DNA from: a virus
Taxonomy: Duplodnaviria > Caudoviricetes
Reading direction: 5' to 3' (one strand)
DNA length: 56,730 nt
Virus record (IMG/VR): IMGVR_UViG_3300030330_000778
Span: 1 to 56,730 of that record
A model generated the notes under the pieces. The model was not told the origin of the DNA, searched no databases, and saw only the letters and a program-made list of their open reading frames with translations. How positions within the stretch are numbered: position 1 is the stretch's first letter; every line of letters begins with the position of its first letter. This document shows positions 1-10,348 of this stretch, in pieces. A program made the translations under genes and the position numbers.

Positions 1-90
1 AAATGGAAAGTGTATGATTTAAATGGTAATATAGTTATAATTACTACATATAAGAAGATTGCACTATACTATTTTGAAAAAAAAGAGGCT
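1..90. repeat. Terminal redundancy, identical to 56273..56362
   Basis: Base-by-base match of 90 nt, then abrupt divergence. Confidence 0.95.
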
Positions 91-112
91 ATTTTACTAG
101 CAGAATAAAATT

Positions 113-484
113 ATGAAACTTTGTATTTATTGTAATAATGATTTTGCCACAGATTTAGATCATACTATACCTCATTCTTTTTATTCATTAAAATGTAAAG
201 GTGGTAGAAAAAAAGCATCTCATAATGATCCAGTTCCTATGGTAGATTCTTGTCGTGAATGTAATATTATGCTTTCTAATAAATTAATCCCAGATATAAA
301 TGATAGAAAAAAATATTTATTAGACAAGTATAAAAAAAGATACAAAAAACTATTATCTACACCTGACTGGAATAAAAAAGAGCTTAAAGAATTAGATAGC
401 GATTTAAGAAATAAAATTATTTATGATTTCAAGATAAAAAAATGGGTAGAAAGTAAAATAGAATTTTTATCTTTGTCTACCTAA
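113..484 (+). mobile_element. Free-standing HNH endonuclease, present in only one allele of this locus
   Basis: CxxC..DH...CxxCN HNH/Zn motif; absent from the homologous locus at 56363..56451. Confidence 0.8.
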
Positions 485-724
485 CTTACCTGCCTGATAA
501 GCAGCAGCACCAAAGTAAGCTGCAATCAAACCTGATAAAGCTAGATAAGCCATTTCCATAACATTATTATTACCATAACGATCTGGATCAGCTATAATAC
601 ATACAGTCATAGCAAACAACATTCCCATAACTAACCAAGCCATACGTCTTCTATTTGTTTGATAAACAGATTTATCTGGTATCATATCTTTTTTATCTTC
701 TTCATACATCATTTCACCTACCAT
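467..724 (-). CDS. Small two-TM membrane protein, holin-like (allele A)
   Basis: Two hydrophobic helices; near endolysin; second allele at 56452..56712. Confidence 0.55.
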   Translation of the reverse strand: MVGEMMYEEDKKDMIPDKSVYQTNRRRMAWLVMGMLFAMTVCIIADPDRYGNNNVMEMAYLALSGLIAAYFGAAAYQAGKLGRQR

Positions 725-742
725 TTTTACTCCTTATATATT
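481..742. repeat. Terminal redundancy with 56469..56730 (12 SNPs, last 77 nt identical)
   Basis: Manual alignment. Confidence 0.93.
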
Positions 743-1201
743 AAGATAAATAAGTGCTCCTATTGCTGCTAATAAAGCAAAGAACATAAAAGATAAAAAT
801 ACTACAAATATATTTTTCATTTTATTCAACCTATTAGCACGTTTTCTTGCCATATTTTCTTTTGCTTTTTTTAATTCTAATCTTGCTTCTCTTTCATACT
901 GAAGAAATAAATTCCAACTACCCGGAGTTCCATATAATTGTAGAAATTCTCTCAGTTCTTCTCTTTGTTTTTGAATTTTCTGTACGCTTATAAGTCTTTC
1001 CATAGCAGAAGCTGATGTGCTACTACCCATAAGTTTTTGTTTATTATTTTCTTCATGTACTTGTGAGCACCCTGTAGCCCAATCAGTTAATTGTTTTGCA
1101 CAATCATTAACAGATTTACCATTTTCTAAAAGCTGTTTAACTTCTTTAAATGCTTTATTGGCGAGAGCTATACCACTAATTATAGTTACTGGATCTACCA
1201 C
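734..1201 (-). CDS. Coiled-coil protein with C-terminal TM helix
   Basis: MVDPVTI start, hydrophobic C-terminus, lysis region. Confidence 0.6.
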   Translation of the reverse strand: MVDPVTIISGIALANKAFKEVKQLLENGKSVNDCAKQLTDWATGCSQVHEENNKQKLMGSSTSASAMERLISVQKIQKQREELREFLQLYGTPGSWNLFLQYEREARLELKKAKENMARKRANRLNKMKNIFVVFLSFMFFALLAAIGALIYLNI

Positions 1202-1211
1202 CTTTGCCCCT

Positions 1212-1442
1212 TTATGCTAAAATTTCTACTGTGCTGTCATCCTTATTTATTTCTACTAATTGTCCATATCTATCGTAGATTGTAAATGAAGATTCAGATA
1301 CTTTAGTAACTGGCCCATCCATTTCATACTCACGAGTGACATGTGTTACATCACCACCACCTTTATTAATAGTATATCTAACATATGTCTCTATTGGAGC
1401 TACACTGCCAGACATAGGTGTAGAATATACAGGTTCAGTCAT
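1212..1442 (-). CDS. Hypothetical protein
   Basis: Coupled ORF in the minus-strand operon. Confidence 0.6.
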   Translation of the reverse strand: MTEPVYSTPMSGSVAPIETYVRYTINKGGGDVTHVTREYEMDGPVTKVSESSFTIYDRYGQLVEINKDDSTVEILA

Positions 1443-1828
1443 TATTTATAACTCCATACTGTAGGTCTGGGTGTGCGATCTGAATCATCCATATCATCTA
1501 TATGAATAAATCTTTTATTATATGCTCCTCTTTGAGCTACACCTATACCTGTAAAGCCATGTTCTATTGCTAGTTTAATAAGATCATATGCATCTGATCC
1601 TGCTACAGCTACGTCTACTGCACGACCTTTTACATGTGCTGAATTGGGAGAACCACCTATAGCACTATTATGTGCTTGACTTCTATAACCTGATGTGATA
1701 ACCATTGGTCTATTATAACACTCACGAAGACACTCTAGCTTATCCATAAATTTTTCATCCATTTCACATTCATCTGTACCTTTACATTTCATTTCTTTTT
1801 CTGTAAAGTAAACCCAATGTGTTGACAT
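1442..1828 (-). CDS. Peptidase M15 family endolysin
   Basis: ITSGYR...SAH..GRAVD...FIHID motifs. Confidence 0.88.
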   Translation of the reverse strand: MSTHWVYFTEKEMKCKGTDECEMDEKFMDKLECLRECYNRPMVITSGYRSQAHNSAIGGSPNSAHVKGRAVDVAVAGSDAYDLIKLAIEHGFTGIGVAQRGAYNKRFIHIDDMDDSDRTPRPTVWSYK

Positions 1829-2085
1829 TATCTACAAATCCTTTCCATCATACTATCTAATTTAGTTTCTAATTTATCAAAACGATCTATAAGTTTTTCT
1901 ATATCTCGTTCAACTTCATCTTTACGTGCATACTCTTTTGCTATCTCTTCTCTAGTCTTACTAACTAATATACGTGCCTCATCTAGTTTTGTATTAACAC
2001 CACGTATCCACCATATCACCATACCAGCAAAGCCGCTAAGTATAAGATTCCATATCATTGCACTCTCTGGCATAGAAAACTCCAT
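1828..2085 (-). CDS. Small N-terminal TM + coiled-coil protein (lysis-associated, holin-like)
   Basis: One TM helix then heptad repeats; directly upstream of endolysin. Confidence 0.5.
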   Translation of the reverse strand: MEFSMPESAMIWNLILSGFAGMVIWWIRGVNTKLDEARILVSKTREEIAKEYARKDEVERDIEKLIDRFDKLETKLDSMMERICR

Positions 2086-5000
2086 TAATCTGGTTTAATA
2101 ATATCACGAACTTTTTCTCTAAATTCAGGAATATTTCCTAAAAATGGAGTGAAGTTCTTTGCAATCCAAGTGGCTAATGCTCTAGGTCTAAGATCTTCTT
2201 CTTTAAATAAAGCATCAAATGCATTTAAGTTACCTATAGCATTTACTAATTCATCTATTGAGGATGCTGTAGGACCAGCAAGACTAACTAAAGGTGATGA
2301 ACCAAATTCTTTAGCCTCAAGAGCTTGATTAACTAAAGTACCCCAACCAAATATATTTGTGGCAAGAAGTAAATCTTTAAATTTTTCTGCAAAATCTTTT
2401 TTATCAAAAGGACTTTCTTCATCACCATATCTTATGCTATCTTTTAATGCTTGTGTTCCCAACATAACAGACATAATCATAGAAAACATAAGAGTATATT
2501 TCATTGCTTCTCCTACTGGAATCCTACCTCTAGCTAATGGTTTAAATACATCTCGTAAAAGTGCTCCACCGACAGTATTACCAAAGACAAGCATAAACCC
2601 TTTTAATTGTGCAACAGGAGCTAGATAAGGATTAGACATCCATAAAGGTCTATTAACAACATTAGGACTTTGAATTATTTCATCAACAGTTTTAGCTAAA
2701 GCTTGTTGTATTATTTTAGGATCTTGTTCTAATTTACCAGAACCCCAATCTTGTAAAACTTCAGATTCAGGTTCTACTAAACCTTGTTCTAATAAACGTC
2801 TACGAGCTTGAGTTGTAGCTCTAGTTTTTTTACCTTGAGCATTTTCAATAATTTTTAAGTCATCTCGTATCTGTCTTTTAGATGCATCATATGCTACATA
2901 TCTACTAAACTGAGTTACTTGTGCTAGAAAGTTTGCTCTAAAAAATGCATTTGTAACTTTCTCACTAACACTAATACTATCTATATCTCTTAGAGCATCT
3001 ACAAGAGCAAGATCAGCAGTTTGATATAATGAGTTTAGAGACTCTTCTAATTTTGTTTTAGGCAGTCTAGGAAATATAGTTCTTAATGTTTTTCTAAATC
3101 CTACATAAGAAGCATTAGCTAAACCAAATATTGCATTTTTTGGAGATGCTTTATATAATACAACTGCTGGTTCAGCAAGGGCAGTAATAGCAGCAAATGG
3201 AAGTGTTGCTATATATTGCAGTGTAAGAATTGGTTTGTAAAAAGGAGCAAAGTATTTTCTGTATGTTATGTCTTGTTTACCTAAAATAGCATCACTTATT
3301 TTTTTAATAACTATTTTTTCTTGTTGAGATAAAACCCCTTCATCTTGTAATTCTTTTAATACAGGAAGATAATCACGTTGTAACTCTTTTTGTTTTGCTC
3401 TATTAGATGCTCTTGTTATATATCTATTAATAATTTTATTTACATCTCTATCAACAAGACCTGCTTCATCTAATTTTTTAAAAATAGCTGTTGGTATTCC
3501 TCTAGCCTGTTCTTCTGAAATTTTAGTTTCTGAAATAGGATCACCAGCCTTTTCTGGTAATGCACTAAATAAATCTATAGCTCCTGCTTGTGGTATAAAA
3601 ACACCACCATTATCATGAATATTTTCTATAATATCATCTACTTTTTTTTTCTTTACTCCAGATTCAATTAATACTTTTTCAAATTTTTTACGATTTTTAG
3701 AAGATGATAATTTATATAGTCTTGGTAAATAATCATTTCTATATTCTACATTAACTCCAGCATCTTTCAACATATTAAATACAGGATTTAAAACATTTTC
3801 TCTAAATCCATCTGCCATTCTATTAGCAGTTTCATTTGTAGATCTAGTCCCATATTGAAGACTATCAAAAACTTCATTATTTAACTCTTTTGATATAGAC
3901 TTTGTAAATGGAGCTTTAATACGTTTTCTTGCACTACCTTCAGTTTCACTTGAAGTATCAATAACTTTTTCTTTTGCTTGATGTAGTTGACCAATTCTTG
4001 TGTGAACATCATTATAATAATTACTTAGAGCACCGACAACCCCTGCACCTCTAGTATCTTTTTTTGCTAAATTTCTTAGTTGAGTTGTAGATCTTCTAAC
4101 ACTTCTACCTAAAAACTCTCCTACTTTACCAATAGCACCTAGATCTTCTGGACCTTTTATTTTTTCATCAGCCCTAAGAACACCTCTTGTTACTGGTGTA
4201 GATAACTCTTCTTCAAAATTTTCATTATTTTTTTTCAGTGTTTCTAATTCTTTTTCTACTTCTTGTGCTTCTACTATAGCATTTCTCTCAGATATTTTTG
4301 ATAGACCTTTAACAGAACCTGAAATAGTAAAACCAGCTATACCACCAAGAGCAGCAGCATCTATCATACGATTAACATCTAAATCAATATCTTGTCCAGC
4401 AGCTTTTTGTGCGGCTGCTTGTGTTAAAACTTCTTGACCTAATTCAATAGGAGCTTCTCTAATAATACCCTTACCACCAGCTTTAGCTACATCTTTACCA
4501 ACTTTACCTACCTTTTTACCAGTTTTAACTACACCTTTAGTAAATTGTAATGCTCTATTTACTGCTTTTTCTGCAACCTCTTCACCAAGTTCTTTTCCTG
4601 CCTCTGCTATAATAGCATCTTTACCAAATTTTCCAACTAAATCTCTAACAATTTTACCTGCACCAAATCTTTCAAGAACTGCTCCAATAGGTGCAGATAT
4701 TAAAGCTGCTTTATCAGCTTCTTCTTGAGTAGCCCCTCTTGCTTTTGCCTCTTCTTCTACAGAACCACCTATCATAGCACCTGCTATAAATGGGCCTAAT
4801 AAACCTACAGCACCTGTTACAATCGCAGGAGCACCAGCCGCAGCAACAGGTATAGCAAGAGCAGTTGTTGCAATAGGTATACCAGCAGAACCTAATGCAG
4901 TTGCAACCATATCTTTTAGAAGTAAACCGCCTCTACTAAATGCTGCTCCTAAACCTTCTTTCTCATAAGCTTCATCAATTTCATCTATACCACCAGTTAT

Positions 5001-5399
5001 AGATGCAGTCCTAGTAGGAGTCCCTAAAGCTGCAATATCTCTCCTAGTTTCTTCTTGCTGTTCTTCAGACCATTCAACTAAACTTTCACTGTTTATTTGT
5101 CTACCAAGAACACCAGTAAAATCTAAAAAAGAATTATAACTTTCATTAAATGATCTAGATAAAACATTACCAAAAGAGTCTGGATCACTAACTGATCTAC
5201 GTTTAAGAGAAGTAGTAGCTGTAGTTATAGGTTTATCTACAGATAAGCTATCACCTAAAACAGGTAATCCTAAAGAATCTACAGAAGAACTACTGTCTAG
5301 AGTAGGTAATCCTAAAGAATCTACAGAAGAACCACTATCTAAAACAGGTAATCCTAAAGAATCTAAAGAGGATGAATTTAAAGTATCTTGTTCAGCCAT
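2085..5399 (-). CDS. Large internal virion/ejection protein
   Basis: 1104 aa, helical, A/G-rich hydrophobic segments, position after tail genes. Confidence 0.6.
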   Translation of the reverse strand: MAEQDTLNSSSLDSLGLPVLDSGSSVDSLGLPTLDSSSSVDSLGLPVLGDSLSVDKPITTATTSLKRRSVSDPDSFGNVLSRSFNESYNSFLDFTGVLGRQINSESLVEWSEEQQEETRRDIAALGTPTRTASITGGIDEIDEAYEKEGLGAAFSRGGLLLKDMVATALGSAGIPIATTALAIPVAAAGAPAIVTGAVGLLGPFIAGAMIGGSVEEEAKARGATQEEADKAALISAPIGAVLERFGAGKIVRDLVGKFGKDAIIAEAGKELGEEVAEKAVNRALQFTKGVVKTGKKVGKVGKDVAKAGGKGIIREAPIELGQEVLTQAAAQKAAGQDIDLDVNRMIDAAALGGIAGFTISGSVKGLSKISERNAIVEAQEVEKELETLKKNNENFEEELSTPVTRGVLRADEKIKGPEDLGAIGKVGEFLGRSVRRSTTQLRNLAKKDTRGAGVVGALSNYYNDVHTRIGQLHQAKEKVIDTSSETEGSARKRIKAPFTKSISKELNNEVFDSLQYGTRSTNETANRMADGFRENVLNPVFNMLKDAGVNVEYRNDYLPRLYKLSSSKNRKKFEKVLIESGVKKKKVDDIIENIHDNGGVFIPQAGAIDLFSALPEKAGDPISETKISEEQARGIPTAIFKKLDEAGLVDRDVNKIINRYITRASNRAKQKELQRDYLPVLKELQDEGVLSQQEKIVIKKISDAILGKQDITYRKYFAPFYKPILTLQYIATLPFAAITALAEPAVVLYKASPKNAIFGLANASYVGFRKTLRTIFPRLPKTKLEESLNSLYQTADLALVDALRDIDSISVSEKVTNAFFRANFLAQVTQFSRYVAYDASKRQIRDDLKIIENAQGKKTRATTQARRRLLEQGLVEPESEVLQDWGSGKLEQDPKIIQQALAKTVDEIIQSPNVVNRPLWMSNPYLAPVAQLKGFMLVFGNTVGGALLRDVFKPLARGRIPVGEAMKYTLMFSMIMSVMLGTQALKDSIRYGDEESPFDKKDFAEKFKDLLLATNIFGWGTLVNQALEAKEFGSSPLVSLAGPTASSIDELVNAIGNLNAFDALFKEEDLRPRALATWIAKNFTPFLGNIPEFREKVRDIIKPD
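5253..5366. repeat. Three tandem 36-39 bp repeats encoding (V/L)DSLGLP(V/T)L
   Basis: ggtaatcctaaagaatcta occurs three times. Confidence 0.85.
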
Positions 5400-5421
5400 A
5401 TTATTACTTATACACTCTTAA

Positions 5422-7320
5422 CTAAAAAAAACTTTCTTCAAGTGAGATTTTTTCTTTAATTGCATCTCTAATAGCTGCCTTCATTGATTGATCAAAAGTG
5501 TTACCTCTAGCAGTATATTCTAAAGCTCTAGATACTAAAAAATTAGCAGTTTTCTTATCTGGGCTTTGAGTAACATCTTTTAAATTTATACCTGATTTAT
5601 CTAATTCATCTTTAAAAGCTTCTTCAAGATCATTTATTGGAATAATCTTTGCTATATTTAAATAACTCTTTTTAATTTGTTCATACTTATTTTTATCAGC
5701 CATTATATCCATTATTTTTTCATTATCAAGCTTACCTATCTTACCTATCTCTTTTTCAAGTTTTTTAACTTCAAGTGCAGCTAGTTTTTGTTGACCGGGC
5801 CTATTTACCTTTTTTTGAGCTACATCAACACCAGCTTTAAGTTTAGCTATATCTCTCTTTTCTTTTTCTTTTTTCTCTGCTATAACTTCTTCTCCTGCCT
5901 CTTTATCAGCACCAACAAAGTTAGCTAAAATACCTCTATCTTGAGTCTTTGGATCTACAAGTCTTTGTGCTACTTTTGATAGTAACTTTCCTCCATAAGT
6001 CTCATTAAATGGTTTATCTTCTGATACTCTTAATTTTTCCATAAGTTGGTTTTCAAAACTATCTCTCATAGCTATATTTTGTTCTGCTTTTTGTCTTGCC
6101 ATTTCACTTCTTGCTGCCCTTGCTGAAGCATTTATTGCAGCATTAGTAGCTCTTATTTTATCTTGTTTAGCTTTATTAAGAAAAGTAGTAGCTAGTATAG
6201 TTTTTGGTAAAGGAACACCTGATTCAAGATTAGTCTCACCTGCACTTTCTAATTCTCTTGCTTGAGTAGACAAACTACCGGGAGTTAGATATGGATCAAT
6301 ACCCATAGATATTCCTCCACCTCCTTGTCTATTAACAACAGGTAAACTTCTTAATCCTTTATTAATTTGACCACCTTTTTTAGATCTAAATATATTTTTA
6401 AATCCAAAATCTTCAGTAAATCCTTTAGTTCCTCGACCATAAAGATTTAAACCAGAAAGACCAGCAGAAAGTAATTGAGATCCTATTGGAGCACGACCTC
6501 TACCAGTAGTGGTTTCTGTTGTATCAGGTTTTCTTAAAAATGGATTACCATAAACAAAACTAGAATATTGAGCAAGAGCTTGTTTAGGAAATTCTTTTTC
6601 TTCTAAAAAGTCAGAAAAATCTTTATCTAATAATTTTTGAGATTCATCTCTTTCAGCTTGACCTAAACCTTGTAATAATCCAGATTCAGCAATACCAATA
6701 TTAAATTTATCTAAGCCTATTCTTTCTAAATCAGAAGCCCTTTGTCTACCAAGCTCACCTGCTAAAGTAAATTGTTTTAGTGCATCTTCATAAGCTTTTT
6801 GTGATCCTCTAGTTTGTATTTCTCCAAGACGTTCAGCCTGTGCTTCACCTAGTAATGCAGCCGTAACACCAGCACGACTACCAAGACCAGATAACCCTCC
6901 AGCATCTATAGCTTGTTTTTCAAATGCTGGTAATATTCTTTGTTCAAAATCTTCTTGAGATTTTTGTTTTTCAAGATCAACTACTGCTTGTTGAAATGGA
7001 CTCATAAATTTTTGAGCAGTCTCTGCTGTAAATTCAGTAGGTATTCCTCTTATTATTTCTTCAGCTTCTTTACGAAAAGGATCTTGTACACCAACTAAAC
7101 CTTTTTGTTTTTCAATAGCTTGTAGTTCCAATTCATCACGAGGAGCAATAGTTTCTCCTGTATATGGTAAATAGGGATCTTTAATATCTTTAGCATATTG
7201 TTCTTGAGCTTCTTTTAAAACCTCTTTTACATAAGGTGCAATCTCTTCAGGTAATTTAGAAGTTGTCCTTACAGTTGATGTAGGGCTTGTTTTAGTTCTA
7301 CCAAATATAAAATCTAACAT
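5422..7320 (-). CDS. Putative DNA ejection/internal virion protein
   Basis: FMSPFQQAVVD and AGGLSGLGSR segments typical of podophage ejection proteins. Confidence 0.55.
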   Translation of the reverse strand: MLDFIFGRTKTSPTSTVRTTSKLPEEIAPYVKEVLKEAQEQYAKDIKDPYLPYTGETIAPRDELELQAIEKQKGLVGVQDPFRKEAEEIIRGIPTEFTAETAQKFMSPFQQAVVDLEKQKSQEDFEQRILPAFEKQAIDAGGLSGLGSRAGVTAALLGEAQAERLGEIQTRGSQKAYEDALKQFTLAGELGRQRASDLERIGLDKFNIGIAESGLLQGLGQAERDESQKLLDKDFSDFLEEKEFPKQALAQYSSFVYGNPFLRKPDTTETTTGRGRAPIGSQLLSAGLSGLNLYGRGTKGFTEDFGFKNIFRSKKGGQINKGLRSLPVVNRQGGGGISMGIDPYLTPGSLSTQARELESAGETNLESGVPLPKTILATTFLNKAKQDKIRATNAAINASARAARSEMARQKAEQNIAMRDSFENQLMEKLRVSEDKPFNETYGGKLLSKVAQRLVDPKTQDRGILANFVGADKEAGEEVIAEKKEKEKRDIAKLKAGVDVAQKKVNRPGQQKLAALEVKKLEKEIGKIGKLDNEKIMDIMADKNKYEQIKKSYLNIAKIIPINDLEEAFKDELDKSGINLKDVTQSPDKKTANFLVSRALEYTARGNTFDQSMKAAIRDAIKEKISLEESFF

Positions 7321-7324
7321 ATTA

Positions 7325-8056
7325 CTATCCTATCGCTGATCTTAATGAAGCTAATCCATTTATTTGCTCTGGTTGTTTAGTTGTACCAAAAGCTTTTTGT
7401 CTAATTTCTTTTACTACTTTATCCATTACGTCTGCACCTGCATCTGCACTACCATTACCAAGAGCAGACATTGTATGTGCATCTACAATATATTCATCAG
7501 GACTTACAGCAAGAGTTGCTACCTTATCACCTTTTTCAACTATAGGCATTTGCACATTATCTTGCATACCATGTCCTTCACCGGGAACAGGCCCACTACC
7601 AAAACTCATAGTCATTCCTTCTGTGCCAGCCTTTGCTTGCATAGTAGGTTGTTGTTGCATACGCATCATAGCAAGTCTATCTAAAGGAGACTCAGAATTT
7701 AAAGATTTTATAGCCTTTTTTACACGAACAGCTCGTTCAGGGTCAGAGAATGCAACATTCATAGGTCTTTGACTTTGATTTGGCATTACATCTCTTCGTT
7801 CAGGGTCAGAGAATGCAACATTCATAGGTCTTTGACTTTGATTTGACATTACATCTCTAGGCATTTGACTAAGATTACTAACATCCATATTATTTTGTAA
7901 TGAACTTATTCCTTCTTGTAAAGTAGGTAAGTCAGTTTGAGTCTCTGCAATTTCACTAATTTTTTCAGCAGCATCTGGACCTAAAGCTCTTTGAACCATT
8001 TCATCAAAGACACCTTTACGAAAAAGATCTTTCATTTCTTCAAAATTAAGACTCAT
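7325..8056 (-). CDS. Virion-associated protein with GxGxGxxD..(S)xxE(Y/F)(I/V) domain
   Basis: GPVPGEGHGMQDNV...VSPDEYIV...LGNGS motif. Confidence 0.55.
   Translation of the reverse strand: MSLNFEEMKDLFRKGVFDEMVQRALGPDAAEKISEIAETQTDLPTLQEGISSLQNNMDVSNLSQMPRDVMSNQSQRPMNVAFSDPERRDVMPNQSQRPMNVAFSDPERAVRVKKAIKSLNSESPLDRLAMMRMQQQPTMQAKAGTEGMTMSFGSGPVPGEGHGMQDNVQMPIVEKGDKVATLAVSPDEYIVDAHTMSALGNGSADAGADVMDKVVKEIRQKAFGTTKQPEQINGLASLRSAIG
7733..7858. repeat. Two near-identical 63-bp tandem repeats (RDVMxNQSQRPMNVAFSDPER)
   Basis: Visible in DNA and protein. Confidence 0.9.
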
Positions 8057-8234
8057 TTAAACCACCTTTAATGAAATTTTCTTTCATACTATTATAACTC
8101 AATTTCTTCATTTTTACAAATTTTTGTTTTTGATCAAGTCTATATCTATTAGGATCAATAGCTTGTCCAGTATTTAAATTACTTAATAAAGTACTATTAT
8201 TAATAAGGTTTATATGATCTGTTAATTTAGACAT
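8046..8234 (-). CDS. Hypothetical protein
   Basis: Coupled ORF; start at MSKLTD inferred from the overlap with the upstream stop. Confidence 0.5.
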   Translation of the reverse strand: MSKLTDHINLINNSTLLSNLNTGQAIDPNRYRLDQKQKFVKMKKLSYNSMKENFIKGGLNES

Positions 8235-8509
8235 TAGTTTAAATTCTGCCATGAAGTTTCTGTACCAAGACTAACATATCCTTTAAATTTACCTGAACTT
8301 ACAGAGTATGCTATGTCACCTTTTTGTGGCCTACCTATTTGAGTTACTGTTGTTACAGTAAACACAGTAGATGCTGCCGCATTATCTATATCTAAATCTC
8401 TTGCATCTAACTCTTGAACTAAAACATCTCCCCATGTTCGTACTTGGTTATACATATCTACCAAGTCTTCATTTGTTAGTGCAAAAGGTAAAATAGGATA
8501 TGTTGTCAT
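8234..8509 (-). CDS. Hypothetical virion protein
   Basis: Coupled ORF in tail module. Confidence 0.6.
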   Translation of the reverse strand: MTTYPILPFALTNEDLVDMYNQVRTWGDVLVQELDARDLDIDNAAASTVFTVTTVTQIGRPQKGDIAYSVSSGKFKGYVSLGTETSWQNLN

Positions 8510-10347
8510 TATCTTTCACCATCACCTTGTACTGCTATTCTTACTGATCCCCATCTCCAACTAGCATTATTTGATCCACAAGATACCCTAATTTTAGCTT
8601 GCCTTCCTCTAGCTCTTATATTAATTTTTTCTGTATTATCAAATATATTAAATTCTTTTTCTGTTTCTTCTGTACTTTCAGGATATTTCTTTGTTATAAT
8701 TTTAAATTTAATTTGACCTCCTGATAAATCATAGTCAGGTACAATCTTATTCATAAACATAACTTGATTACCATCATTAATATCAAAGTCACCAGACTCT
8801 ACAAAAGATGTTAATGTTTCTCCACTACCTGTAAATACAGAAGGTGGTTCATTATTATAAATATTATTACCAGCTACAGTTACACCAGTTGTTATTGTAT
8901 TTCCAAATACAGAACGATCAGTGAACGTAGTAAAAATCATATCACCATATACCCAATACTTTTCTTCTGGATTATAGATAACATATTTATTACACTCTGT
9001 ATTACCATTAGAAACATACAACCAAATAATTTCTCTAAACTCAGAATTAATACCACAATAAACTTTATCATAGTAAGATGTATTAAGATCATCAAATATA
9101 AATCTACGTACTGTACAATCTAAAATTTGCACTGCACCAGCATGAACATAAAAATTATCATAACCCATCCAATATGTAGTACCATTATAATCTATAGCTG
9201 CATGTTGTCCTATTAGTCCACAGTTAGTTCCTACTTGTTGAAACTTAAATACAAAGTTACCACCAACAAACTGCATAAGCCAAAGAGCATTATCTGTCCA
9301 AATATTAATAGCATTTCTTGCACGAACAGCACCAACTATTCTAGTTCCATCTGTTAATACAACCTCACCAGCATCTGTAGCAGCAGTTGGATTCCATTCA
9401 TTTCTATCATCTTGATCAGACCAACGAACAAGCATAGGATCAAATGCACCACTAACTGTAGCAGTAGCTTCAAATCTATTTGTACCAAGACATATAAGAT
9501 GTCTATCGTTAGGTGATACAATAATAGAGTTTGTACTTACAGGTGATGTTGTAACAGACGTTGCTCTTGTTGGTTCTGTACTTGCATCAGAATCATAATA
9601 AAATAATCCACCACCTTTTCTATTAGCTACAACATCATCACCCCAATTATCAAAACTCCATTGTGATATATCTAAAAATAAACCACTAGCACTAGCTGAT
9701 GCAGGTTGATTCCATGCTCTTGTTTGTGAAGCACATACTGTAGCTTGATACTTAGCAGCACTATAACCTAAACCTGCGGCTGCAACAGAGTTACCTGTTG
9801 GTATATAATAATTAAATGTTGCACTTCCTACATCACTACCAGTTGCATTAGCGGCATTAGTTACAGTAATCGCAAAAACATTTGCACTTTCAATAGATAC
9901 AATTTCATAAGTATTACCTTGCAAACTTACATTATTAAATGCTGCTGAAGATGTAAATAAAACATAATCTCCAACTGCTCTACCATGCCCTGCATCAGAA
10001 CAACAAACTCTAGTAGAACCTGAACTTGTACCAAAACAGTTTGTTAATGTAGCTTTTTCTGTTATTGGTGTTACATCATATAACTCATCACCCTCATGAA
10101 TATAAAGTTTTTCAGGTGTACCAAATATTGCAGTAGAAATATTATCAGCAGGTTTCCATGCTAGTAATGCTCTAGCTGATCCATCAAATGTTGCACCCTC
10201 TGCTCTTGTTTCATAGCCTCGCATATTTTCAGGTTTACCTTCACGAAACCTAACACGATTTCCATCAAACCATTTACCCTCTTCTGCATATTGGGTAGAT
10301 TCTCTATGAAAACCCGGAGCTAGTTTAAATGTTTTTAACTCTGCCAT
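8509..10347 (-). CDS. Tail tubular protein B / nozzle-like protein
   Basis: 612 aa beta-rich; VRWSDQD motif; position. Confidence 0.65.
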   Translation of the reverse strand: MAELKTFKLAPGFHRESTQYAEEGKWFDGNRVRFREGKPENMRGYETRAEGATFDGSARALLAWKPADNISTAIFGTPEKLYIHEGDELYDVTPITEKATLTNCFGTSSGSTRVCCSDAGHGRAVGDYVLFTSSAAFNNVSLQGNTYEIVSIESANVFAITVTNAANATGSDVGSATFNYYIPTGNSVAAAGLGYSAAKYQATVCASQTRAWNQPASASASGLFLDISQWSFDNWGDDVVANRKGGGLFYYDSDASTEPTRATSVTTSPVSTNSIIVSPNDRHLICLGTNRFEATATVSGAFDPMLVRWSDQDDRNEWNPTAATDAGEVVLTDGTRIVGAVRARNAINIWTDNALWLMQFVGGNFVFKFQQVGTNCGLIGQHAAIDYNGTTYWMGYDNFYVHAGAVQILDCTVRRFIFDDLNTSYYDKVYCGINSEFREIIWLYVSNGNTECNKYVIYNPEEKYWVYGDMIFTTFTDRSVFGNTITTGVTVAGNNIYNNEPPSVFTGSGETLTSFVESGDFDINDGNQVMFMNKIVPDYDLSGGQIKFKIITKKYPESTEETEKEFNIFDNTEKINIRARGRQAKIRVSCGSNNASWRWGSVRIAVQGDGER

Positions 10348-10348
10348 A

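Noticed and set aside
1-742. True direct terminal repeats of the virion DNA
   Set aside because: The copies differ by a gene and 12 SNPs and end in a 77-nt exact overlap, typical of an assembly-graph bubble
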